In this document: in pieces, positions 1 through 8,866 of the stretch
How positions within the stretch are numbered: position 1 is the first letter of the stretch
How the letters are laid out: every line of letters starts with the position of its first letter
Source: Spirochaetaceae bacterium
GTDB lineage: Bacteria; Spirochaetota; Spirochaetia; DSM-2461
Direction of reading: 5' to 3'
NCBI GenBank assembly: GCA_051531975.1
Contig: JAOPTT010000018.1
Location: forward strand, 8,147 to 72,146
Length of the DNA stretch: 64,000 bases
Translations under genes and position numbers: made by a program
The notes under the pieces: model-generated
Database searches by the model: none
Told to the model about the DNA's origin: nothing
The model's input: only the letters and a program-made list of their open reading frames with translations

Positions 1-600
1 ACTCTTATCATCACAAATGAAGAATTACCAGATTCTGTAGTCATCATAATTCCCATTTTTATTATATTATTAATGTTAGTAGAGATGATAAGCACTATAT
101 TAGCTTCTACGGGTTATGTAGAAAAACAATTTTTAATTATTGATGAGATTAAAAGTAATATTCTTAGAGCAATTCCATACCTATTTATTACTTTATTGGC
201 TGTTTTAATTGCTTTTTTAGGAGTATCAATACTTGTTATCCCAGGAATTATAGCAACTATAGTCTTTAGCATTATCAAAGTAGATTATTCAATAAGTGGA
301 CGTAAAATTAATGAATCCTTTAAAGAAGTTATTAAAATGCTTAAGTTTGGATCATTTATCAAAGTATTAAAAATTTATTTACTACCTATTGGTTTACAAT
401 TTATATTAGGATTATTATTAAATCCGTTGCTTAAACCACTATTAAGCTCAGCTACTTTAGAGCAAGATATTTTAAATATATACCCATATATTACAGTTGC
501 TTTAGTTCTTATATTTCCTGTAGCTATATGTTTTAGGACAGCAGTATATTTTAATATGGTAAAACAATATCAGTTAAATTCTACCAACCAACTCGTATAA
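1..600 (+). CDS. Integral membrane protein, 5'-truncated by the window edge
   Basis: Frame is open from base 1 (TLIITNEELPDSVVII...) into the 73..600 ORF. Several hydrophobic segments. Overlaps the convergent mutL 3' end by 27 nt. Confidence 0.7.
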   Translation, partial: TLIITNEELPDSVVIIIPIFIILLMLVEMISTILASTGYVEKQFLIIDEIKSNILRAIPYLFITLLAVLIAFLGVSILVIPGIIATIVFSIIKVDYSISGRKINESFKEVIKMLKFGSFIKVLKIYLLPIGLQFILGLLLNPLLKPLLSSATLEQDILNIYPYITVALVLIFPVAICFRTAVYFNMVKQYQLNSTNQLV

Positions 601-2322
601 CTCTTTTTTAGATAGTTCAAACCATATAGGCCGGCCATGGGGGCATCTAGCTTGTTCTAAAGAAAATGCTCCATCAATTAATTCTCTAGCAGCGATGTCA
701 TCTATAGGATCACCTTCCTTTATTGCGCTTCGACAAGCTAAAGTATCAAATAAATCCCTCTGAATATCCTCTTTAGTTCCCTTCTTGGTCTTAATAAAAT
801 CAATTATTTCACTATCTAATAGTTTACAAAAACTAGGTAAAGAAGTTACTTCCCAATTATCGTTATTCTTTCTATTTATCTTTATACCAAGATCAATATA
901 TGTCTGGATATTTTTATCAATTAAGTACCTATCTTCCTCAGTCACATCAAATTCAATAGGTAATAATAGATCCTGTGAATTTACTGCTAAAGATGCAATT
1001 TTGTTATATAAAATAATTTCATGGGTCGCATGTTGATCCACAACATATAATGTATTATCTTTTTCAACTAGTAAAAATACACCCATGATTTGACCTAAAT
1101 AATTGTAGGAACTAGAGAAAGTATTAGGGAGATCCTTAGTTGTTTGAAATGTTGGTGCCTTTTCTAAAAAGGAATCAAATCTTTCTTTTGGAACATAACT
1201 ATTAACATTTTGTTCTTTATTTGAAAAAGATTTTATATTACTAATATTATTTGAGTTGTTATTAAAACTATTTTTAACCTGAAATAATTCACTTATGCTT
1301 TCTGAGTTAGATTTTGAAGATGTTAATAGATTATAGTGATATTCTGATAAAAACGATTTAATAAGTTCAACTAATCTATGATGTATCGTTTGTAAGTTTC
1401 TAAATTTTGCTTCTTTTTTAGCTGGGTGAATATTGAAATCTATAAGTGCTGGATCAACATCTATAAAAATGAATGCAATTGGAAAGTTACCTCCAGGTAG
1501 AACCTCATTATAACCGTATTGTAGTGCTTGAATAAAAGCAAATTCGGTAATTCGTCTTTTGTTAGTATAAATATGCATATATTTTCTGTCTTTTCTATGT
1601 AGTTCAGGTCTACCTAATACAGCACTAATTGTAAAACCTTCACCCTGACATGAAACTTGTCCTAATAAAGAAGCATTAAACTTACCTTTAAAACTATTCA
1701 TAACTCTTTCTTTGAGATCTGACTTTGGTAAAAATAGCTCTAATTTGTCATCTTTATAAAATTTGAAATTTATATCGGGAAATGGCAGTGCCTTTTCTAA
1801 AAATGCATTTCTACATAGTGTTGCCTCAGATGAGGGTTTTTTTAAGAACTTTCGCCTTGCAGGGATTGAGAAGAACAGGTCTGAAGCATTTATTATTGAA
1901 CCCTTAGAACCTCTAAATTCCTCTAATGATATAAATTCTCCACCATGCACAACTAATTTGTAGGCTTCACAGTTCTCTTGTTTACTTACAATATTAAGTT
2001 TTGTACATGTTGATATACTAGATAAAGCTTCACCTCTAAATCCTAAACTAGATAATGTTAGTAGATCATCTTCTGTCATTATTTTGCTAGTAGCGTGGGG
2101 AAGATAGCAGATTTCTAAATCTTCACGACTCATTCCAGTACCATTATCAACAATTCTTATATTAGATATACCACCATTTTCAATATATATTGAGATATCT
2201 TTGCTGTTTGCATCAATGGAGTTATCTAGTAATTCTCTAACAACAGAATATGGTCTATCAATAACTTCGCCAGCAGCAATTTTTTTTGCAACAATATCAT
2301 TTAATCTTCTTATAGGTTTCAT
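574..2322 (-). CDS. mutL: DNA mismatch repair endonuclease MutL
   Basis: KIAAGEVIDRP, GFRGEALSSI, NIHPAKKE; C-terminal endonuclease motifs DQHATHE, ACR, CPHGRP (MutH-independent type). Confidence 0.98.
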   Translation of the reverse strand: MKPIRRLNDIVAKKIAAGEVIDRPYSVVRELLDNSIDANSKDISIYIENGGISNIRIVDNGTGMSREDLEICYLPHATSKIMTEDDLLTLSSLGFRGEALSSISTCTKLNIVSKQENCEAYKLVVHGGEFISLEEFRGSKGSIINASDLFFSIPARRKFLKKPSSEATLCRNAFLEKALPFPDINFKFYKDDKLELFLPKSDLKERVMNSFKGKFNASLLGQVSCQGEGFTISAVLGRPELHRKDRKYMHIYTNKRRITEFAFIQALQYGYNEVLPGGNFPIAFIFIDVDPALIDFNIHPAKKEAKFRNLQTIHHRLVELIKSFLSEYHYNLLTSSKSNSESISELFQVKNSFNNNSNNISNIKSFSNKEQNVNSYVPKERFDSFLEKAPTFQTTKDLPNTFSSSYNYLGQIMGVFLLVEKDNTLYVVDQHATHEIILYNKIASLAVNSQDLLLPIEFDVTEEDRYLIDKNIQTYIDLGIKINRKNNDNWEVTSLPSFCKLLDSEIIDFIKTKKGTKEDIQRDLFDTLACRSAIKEGDPIDDIAARELIDGAFSLEQARCPHGRPIWFELSKKELYELVGRI

Positions 2323-2369
2323 ATTTATATATTAGCAAAAAAAATAATATTGTATAAGTAGAACTATAA

Positions 2370-5300
2370 CTAAAATATAATAGTAGTAAATATTCCTAAT
2401 TCAAAACTTAAATGATCTAAGGATTCAGTATCATAACCAATATCTAAATATAAATTACTTTCATTCATATCCTTTACAGTTAAAGTTGTGTCGTGTCTTA
2501 TTCCAATATTAAAATTTTCATCATCATCAATTTTAAAATACAATTTCTCTATATGAGTAAAATAGTAGGGATTATCTAAAACTTTATCTATTATAGGAAC
2601 AATATATACTGGTCCTGATTTACCAGGCCATTTAAATTCAATCTCTGTAATATTTGAACTGTCATTCTCAGTAATTGATAGGTTATTTTCAATATCAATA
2701 TAAGTCTTATCTTTGATTTCTTTATATATTAAAAGTATCCACTCAGTTTCATACTCTTCATCATCACTTTCGACATTTAAACTATTTGTGAAAGATAGAG
2801 TATTTTTTATTATTGGGTTAATAGTAAAATTTGAGCTTATTGTTTTTATTATATCGGTACTTTGTTGACTTTCTTCATTTAGATAGATCTTATTTAAGGT
2901 AATAGATACCGTTTCTGGAATTAATACATTAAAAAAAGAGGTGTTTTTAATTCCAAGTTTAAACTCAGTATTAAATGACGAATTTAGTGATCTTTCATTA
3001 CTTAAATATTCATTATCATAAAAATCTGAATCTTCATCAGAAAAAAATTGATCAATGAAAGATATGTCTGAATAGGGATTAGTTGATTGAAATATTTTAA
3101 AATATTCCTCTATTCCATCTGAGATATAAAGTTGGTCTGTACCATTAATTAGGTATTCATAACTTGTAGAGAGTGATGGTGTTATTGTTAGATAACCAAA
3201 GGTTAATGCTAATGATGTAAAGGCTCCATATACGTTCAGATCTTTTTTCTCTGGTGAATATGACTGAGAGAGTTGATTTTTTAAAGATAGAGTATAGTCA
3301 ATTAAACTTAAATCTAATTTAAGATCAAAATTTTGTATCAGATTATTAGATAGGTCTAAATCATCTATTGGTATAATATCTTTATAGCTATTTATTAACT
3401 CATTTTCTAGACTATCAAGTTCAAGAGATCTAATTTGAGTTAATTTAGTTGTATTAGATATAGAAAAAAGTTGTTCAGGAAACAGTTCGAGTAATAATTC
3501 ACTATTTCTTATACCTTTATCACTACCTTTACTATCTGAAAGAATTAGATTTGAGTCAAAGTTAGAAGTATCTATTTTAAGTTTATTACTTCTATAGCTA
3601 TTTGTATTATATGAAAAAGAATCAAATACCTTTATTGGAAAATCCATATAAGGAATTTCAAGATTATACGATATATTATCATCAGAATCCCCATAATAAA
3701 TACTGCCATCTAACTTTGTCCCAAGTAATGTTAATGCAATATTAGAATTACCTGTATAGGATGTCGTTGAATCATCGGTTATTAAGTTATTATGAGCTGT
3801 AAATTTAATATTTTCGATAACTGGAAATGAACCAATTTTTACCGAAAGTGGTGGGGTTAAAGTAAAAGAGAGGTTGTTTTCATTATAAAATGTAAGTTTT
3901 GGTTCTTTTAGAACAATATTAGAAATAGTCACAGTACCGGAACCAGTATCTGAAAATGATAGTGAAAAAGAGTTTGTCTCATCACCAGTAGAGTCCCAAG
4001 TAGATTCCATTGAAGGTGAATCGTTTATATTTACTGTATTAGTTTCAAATTCGATATTAATAATATTTTCACCACTAATTAACTCAGTTTTAGGAATCGT
4101 TAATGTTGAAATAACATCTAAATTATTTTTTAGTTCTAAACTAATTACTGTATCATCAGTAATAACTCCATTGTTTTGTATTGTGAATTCCATAAAGTTA
4201 TATGTATCGATATCAACGGTTGAGATTCTAGAAGATATAACAATTGTATTGTCCCCAGAAGCTGGATCAGCAGCAGTAATCTTAATATCATCGTCACTTT
4301 TTCTAACAAGATAATCGGCACTACCTTCATGGGTTACAAGGCTATCTCCTTTAAAGTTTAATGCTTTAAGTAAAAGTAAATTTTCTGATCCCTCTGCTAT
4401 TTTTATATCTATTGAATCAATATAAGAAAGTTTTGACCTTTCATCATTAGAAAATAGGATATTATATGTTACATAACCTGTGGCCTCTTGAACTATTACT
4501 TGCTTAGTTAATATGTCTGAACTGGTAAGACTTGGATTTGTAAACAGTATATCTACAGTACGTTCATCACCATTGTTATATATATCAAAACTAAATTCTG
4601 TTGCCCAAGAATAATCCTGACTATAATCATCTAATCCTAAAGTTGCTAAACTATAGTCACCTGAAGTTAATTCAATAGTTTCGAGAACTATAACATCATA
4701 AGAACTTTCGTTATAAGAATGGTTTAATGTATATGGTCCACCTAATGGATCTAAATCAAGCTCCATTATTTCTGTTACTGTATATGCCCCGGTATCAGAA
4801 TCTCTTTTTATTAAAGGTTGAATTGATATGTTATCAGCTGAATCTTCTAGAACTATACTATCCACTGGAATATCAATAGATGCCTGATCATATTCAAAAA
4901 GTAGGTATTCACCGATAGTATCATGGTTTGTTACATTTAAAGATGAGTTTAATTCTACTGATATTATTTCTGAATCATATTTAAATTTAGCTTTAGATGT
5001 CATCGATCCACTGTTCTCATTTATATCGGTACTATAATCATCAGTAGAAAATATCCAGTTACCAGTATGAGAAATGTCTAAGGTCAGATCATCATTGAGA
5101 TTATATCTACTACCATAAGATAATAATAGATTACCATTTCCTAAAGTAGATTCAGTATTATAGTTAATAATTATTTTATCAAAAGGGGAGATCTCTTTTT
5201 CTAATGTTATTAAACCAGAATCTGAATCGTGGTGAAAGTCTGTATATTTTGAACCGTTAATGATTATAGTAACACTGTCTTTTTGTGCTTCTGTTGGAAT

Positions 5301-6464
5301 CGTTAAACTATCTACAGGGGTTATTTTTTCTATGGTAATACTGTTTTCACTATTTAGACCATTTCCCTCTAAAGAGTATATATCAGAATCTAATTCCATA
5401 AATGGATATCTATTAGTTAGTGCATTATATGAATCTTCTAATTTTTTAAAGACTATTAAACTATTCTCTAAAGTGAAATTTAATTCCTTTGAACTATTTA
5501 CATATATTTCTATATCTGAAGAATCTGTAATTGTGAGTACTTCTGTACTATAACAACCTAAATTTTCAAATGGAGAGAAAGATCCAGCATCTGATAAAAC
5601 TAAGTATTTTTTACCTTCGTAATCTGTAGTATATAAATTCCACAGATCATCCTCAGATATTGTATCTAAAATACCAGGATTATCTTCAGGTTGAACAAAC
5701 TCCATTAAACTGTTTTTTGCATCAATAATATTCAGATCAGAAATATCTAAATATATAGTTTTGTATTCTACGTCTTCTATATATAGCATATTTGTTTCAG
5801 AATAATGTATAAAGTTCTGACTACCTATATTTTCTAATTCATCATCAGTTAATATAAAAAGATTTAAAGGTTCTATGTCATCAAAAGGTAAGATGTAATA
5901 ATTATATTTTGAGTAGTTATTTAATAGAAGAACCTCTTCTTCAAATAAATTCAACCCTCTAAATTCGATACTATTTTTTACTTCATTACTATATCTTGCT
6001 AGAATTTCATGTTGTGTATTTGTAGTTTTTATTTTAAATCTTGTTCCAGGAACTCTATCAACGTTTTCAGGAGGTATATAACCAGCATATTCTTCGATAT
6101 TAATATCATCGTTACCAATACGAACTTCTTGAAGAATACCATTACTGTTTTGATAACCAAGTAGAAATAGATTCTCATCACTTTCTTCTTTTATTTGAGC
6201 TTCAAAAAAATATTTATTAAATAACCATATTGATGCTGTTAAATCTGGGACCATTGAAAATATAATATTATCAAATGCTTCAGAAATATTACCTTCTGCA
6301 AATGTCGTAATATCAAACTTCCAAGAGCCTTCTAAAGTCATATAGATATCATTTTCATCCATTAAATCATATGAAAATATAGTAGTACCATTTGAAATTT
6401 CTTCAATAGCATACAAATATATAGATGAAAATATAAATAGTGAGACTATAAGAAATCTTTTCAT
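2370..6464 (-). CDS. Very large (1364 aa) acidic secreted protein, putative outer-membrane/surface protein
   Basis: Sec-type signal peptide (MKRFLIVSLFIFSSIYLYA), D/E/N/S/T-rich, alternating beta-strand pattern, C-terminal Phe (...LGIFTTIIF). Confidence 0.6.
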   Translation of the reverse strand: MKRFLIVSLFIFSSIYLYAIEEISNGTTIFSYDLMDENDIYMTLEGSWKFDITTFAEGNISEAFDNIIFSMVPDLTASIWLFNKYFFEAQIKEESDENLFLLGYQNSNGILQEVRIGNDDINIEEYAGYIPPENVDRVPGTRFKIKTTNTQHEILARYSNEVKNSIEFRGLNLFEEEVLLLNNYSKYNYYILPFDDIEPLNLFILTDDELENIGSQNFIHYSETNMLYIEDVEYKTIYLDISDLNIIDAKNSLMEFVQPEDNPGILDTISEDDLWNLYTTDYEGKKYLVLSDAGSFSPFENLGCYSTEVLTITDSSDIEIYVNSSKELNFTLENSLIVFKKLEDSYNALTNRYPFMELDSDIYSLEGNGLNSENSITIEKITPVDSLTIPTEAQKDSVTIIINGSKYTDFHHDSDSGLITLEKEISPFDKIIINYNTESTLGNGNLLLSYGSRYNLNDDLTLDISHTGNWIFSTDDYSTDINENSGSMTSKAKFKYDSEIISVELNSSLNVTNHDTIGEYLLFEYDQASIDIPVDSIVLEDSADNISIQPLIKRDSDTGAYTVTEIMELDLDPLGGPYTLNHSYNESSYDVIVLETIELTSGDYSLATLGLDDYSQDYSWATEFSFDIYNNGDERTVDILFTNPSLTSSDILTKQVIVQEATGYVTYNILFSNDERSKLSYIDSIDIKIAEGSENLLLLKALNFKGDSLVTHEGSADYLVRKSDDDIKITAADPASGDNTIVISSRISTVDIDTYNFMEFTIQNNGVITDDTVISLELKNNLDVISTLTIPKTELISGENIINIEFETNTVNINDSPSMESTWDSTGDETNSFSLSFSDTGSGTVTISNIVLKEPKLTFYNENNLSFTLTPPLSVKIGSFPVIENIKFTAHNNLITDDSTTSYTGNSNIALTLLGTKLDGSIYYGDSDDNISYNLEIPYMDFPIKVFDSFSYNTNSYRSNKLKIDTSNFDSNLILSDSKGSDKGIRNSELLLELFPEQLFSISNTTKLTQIRSLELDSLENELINSYKDIIPIDDLDLSNNLIQNFDLKLDLSLIDYTLSLKNQLSQSYSPEKKDLNVYGAFTSLALTFGYLTITPSLSTSYEYLINGTDQLYISDGIEEYFKIFQSTNPYSDISFIDQFFSDEDSDFYDNEYLSNERSLNSSFNTEFKLGIKNTSFFNVLIPETVSITLNKIYLNEESQQSTDIIKTISSNFTINPIIKNTLSFTNSLNVESDDEEYETEWILLIYKEIKDKTYIDIENNLSITENDSSNITEIEFKWPGKSGPVYIVPIIDKVLDNPYYFTHIEKLYFKIDDDENFNIGIRHDTTLTVKDMNESNLYLDIGYDTESLDHLSFELGIFTTIIF

Positions 6465-6483
6465 GGCTTATTATATATTATAT

Positions 6484-7167
6484 CTAGTCCTGTTTAAATA
6501 GAAGTATATTACTGCATGTGTGAGTCAAATGAGCTTGGAACTGATCGTTTATATTTTCTTCCGATGTTAAAGTTAGCTCAAAAAAATGTGGTGAAGCTTC
6601 GTAATCTTTACTATCAATCTCAACCTGAAAAATAAATGTTTTTGTCTCTCCAATTTTAGTAGATGTAATTGCTTTTGGCCAAAATAGATAGTTTTCATTT
6701 GTAGATTTGGTTAACTGAATAGGATTATCCCATTTATTGTCTTTCATTAAAGCTGGATCATCATCTAAAATTAAAGTCACTTTCGATTCAATTGGTGCAA
6801 ATGTTTCACCTGAAAGAATTGAACCAGTTATGGTTGGAAAATTAAAGTATGCCTCTGCCTTTTCTACAATTGACTCCACAGGTTCAAGATGATGGGCTCT
6901 TTTTGCCTTTGAAATTAGAGTTATCCCATTTTCAACAAGTCTAGTCAAATCTGCTAAATCCTGAAGTGAATTTGAATAATTATCTTTTAAGTGAGCTATC
7001 CCTCTTTCAGAAAGAACATAAATTGGTTTTGCTCGATTTAAAACATAACAAGTAACATCAAGTCTGCATTGGTAACATAAACATAATTCTTTTGGTATAT
7101 CTTTAGAATCAAATGCACGATTAACTATATCTGTAACTCTCTCTTTAGTAATGTTGTAGATTTGCAT
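6484..7167 (-). CDS. ComFB (late competence development) family protein with C-terminal extension
   Basis: N-terminal MQIYN..E.V and CxCxxC..D..C..LN...P.Y motif (LCLCYQCRLDVTCYVLNRAKPIY); AAGGAG RBS upstream. Confidence 0.85.
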   Translation of the reverse strand: MQIYNITKERVTDIVNRAFDSKDIPKELCLCYQCRLDVTCYVLNRAKPIYVLSERGIAHLKDNYSNSLQDLADLTRLVENGITLISKAKRAHHLEPVESIVEKAEAYFNFPTITGSILSGETFAPIESKVTLILDDDPALMKDNKWDNPIQLTKSTNENYLFWPKAITSTKIGETKTFIFQVEIDSKDYEASPHFFELTLTSEENINDQFQAHLTHTCSNILLFKQD

Positions 7168-7268
7168 TAGTAAAACTCCTTACAAGTAATTATAATTCAT
7201 TATAAACTTTTTTTATATAAAAAAAACAATCTATTTTACTTTTTGGAAACTATAATTATACTGATGTC

Positions 7269-7847
7269 ATGAAAAAGATAACTTTACTAATAATTTTATT
7301 ATCATTATCTCTATTTTTGAATTCTGAAGAAGGGGTTATTGGTTTAAAAAATATTTCAAACAATGAAGCCGAAACCTCAAAAAACAAGACAAATGAAAAA
7401 GTGAAATTAAAAAAAGCTAAAGAGAAAATAAATGTACACATTATAAATAATAATCCACTTCTACCTAAGGCAAACTATATAGGTGACTTAGGAGATATCC
7501 TTAGTACTAACAAAGATAATAATGCTGTATTATTTAGAACAAACCTTTTTTTTAATTTGTTAAAAAGTGATAAAAAAAACACAGTATTAGATCAAGATTT
7601 TAGTTTTATTTTTAAAAATGCTTATTCAGATAGTTTATTATTGAAAAACAGAGAATTGTTATATTGGTATATCTCTCAACCTAAAATATACCAAGATTAT
7701 TCAGATTTAGATATTGAATTATATTATAGGAATAAAATATTGATAGGTACTATTTATCTTGAATATGAAAGTGATTGGTTTGTTGTAGATTTACAACTGG
7801 ATACTCAGGAAAAAGGGATCTTTGACCCCTCAATCCCATATTATTAA
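7269..7847 (+). CDS. Hypothetical secreted protein
   Basis: 192-aa ORF with signal-peptide-like N-terminus; no motif recognised. Confidence 0.65.
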   Translation: MKKITLLIILLSLSLFLNSEEGVIGLKNISNNEAETSKNKTNEKVKLKKAKEKINVHIINNNPLLPKANYIGDLGDILSTNKDNNAVLFRTNLFFNLLKSDKKNTVLDQDFSFIFKNAYSDSLLLKNRELLYWYISQPKIYQDYSDLDIELYYRNKILIGTIYLEYESDWFVVDLQLDTQEKGIFDPSIPYY

Positions 7848-8386
7848 TTTATTTCAATACCACGTTGAGCTTTAGGGAATATTTTACTAACAGCAACTTT
7901 GTTAGCTCTTTCAGTATAAACAACACCTTTGTTCCAATATTCAAGAGCTGCAAACATTGCATTTCCACCATCTCTATCATCACTATCTTGAGTTCTATAA
8001 GAAACATAATTTCCTAATTCTTCAAAGTTTTCATCATGAAGACACTGAAGACGTTTTTCATTAAAATCATTCCATTCACGAATTTTAAGGAAACCTTTTC
8101 CTTCATCTTCAACAATAATCCGAGCTTCTTCAGTAGAAAAATAATACCAAATATGTACTTTTTTATTAATATCACATTTATTACCATGCTTAACTGCATT
8201 TTTAATAAGTTCACTAATTTGCTGTTCTAAAAGATTTAACTCTTTTATCTCAGGTGGTGCTTTTTGCACAATGAGTAATGTAAAATATCTTACTTGTCTT
8301 AAATCACTAGGAAATTCTTTGTGAAAACAACCATCAGTATTAAATAATTTACTTTTATCATCTATTTCTATCATCTTATTTGACAT
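7844..8386 (-). CDS. Anti-sigma factor / Ser kinase, RsbW/SpoIIAB-like HATPase_c
   Basis: N box SELIKNAVKHGN, G1 box EDEGKGF; directly downstream of a STAS gene; GGAGA RBS. Confidence 0.8.
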   Translation of the reverse strand: MSNKMIEIDDKSKLFNTDGCFHKEFPSDLRQVRYFTLLIVQKAPPEIKELNLLEQQISELIKNAVKHGNKCDINKKVHIWYYFSTEEARIIVEDEGKGFLKIREWNDFNEKRLQCLHDENFEELGNYVSYRTQDSDDRDGGNAMFAALEYWNKGVVYTERANKVAVSKIFPKAQRGIEIN

Positions 8387-8399
8387 TTAATCTCCAAAT

Positions 8400-8732
8400 T
8401 TAAAGATTTTTTATGGCATCATTAACTGTTGCTGCCATAGGAAAATATCCCATTAGTTTTGTTAACTCTATAACTTTCTTAACAGAACCATGTACGTTTG
8501 TTAACAAAAGTTGAAGGTTCATTTTCTTGATAGTAGAGCAAATATATATTAATGCTCCTATCCCACTCGAATCAATGTATTCTACTTTATCTAAGTTTAT
8601 TACAAACTTTGTAACCTTTTTTTCTAGCATTTTCATTACAAGGTCTTTTAGTTTATAAGAATTGTATAAATCCATTTCTCCATGAATATCTATTATGTAG
8701 ATATTAGAGCTTTTACGAATTTTTAATTCCAC
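8400..8732 (-). CDS. Anti-sigma factor antagonist (STAS domain, RsbV/SpoIIAA-like)
   Basis: GEMDLYN and YIDSSGIG (phosphoacceptor Ser). Start moved to GTG at 8732, 5 nt after a GGAGA RBS. Confidence 0.92.
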   Translation of the reverse strand: MELKIRKSSNIYIIDIHGEMDLYNSYKLKDLVMKMLEKKVTKFVINLDKVEYIDSSGIGALIYICSTIKKMNLQLLLTNVHGSVKKVIELTKLMGYFPMAATVNDAIKNL

Positions 8733-8866
8733 AGGCATCTCCAATTAATTTTCTATATGTTGTCAGAATTAGCTTCATAGTACCACCAGAAAAAGTAGTC
8801 GTCAAGTTAAGGTTATTTTTAAATTTTATTTAACATAATAATAATAATTAATGTTATAATGATTTT

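Noticed and set aside
7208..7225. Perfect palindrome T7-ATAT-A7 between divergent genes
   Set aside because: Low-complexity A/T sequence in an AT-rich genome; not distinguishable from chance or an UP element.
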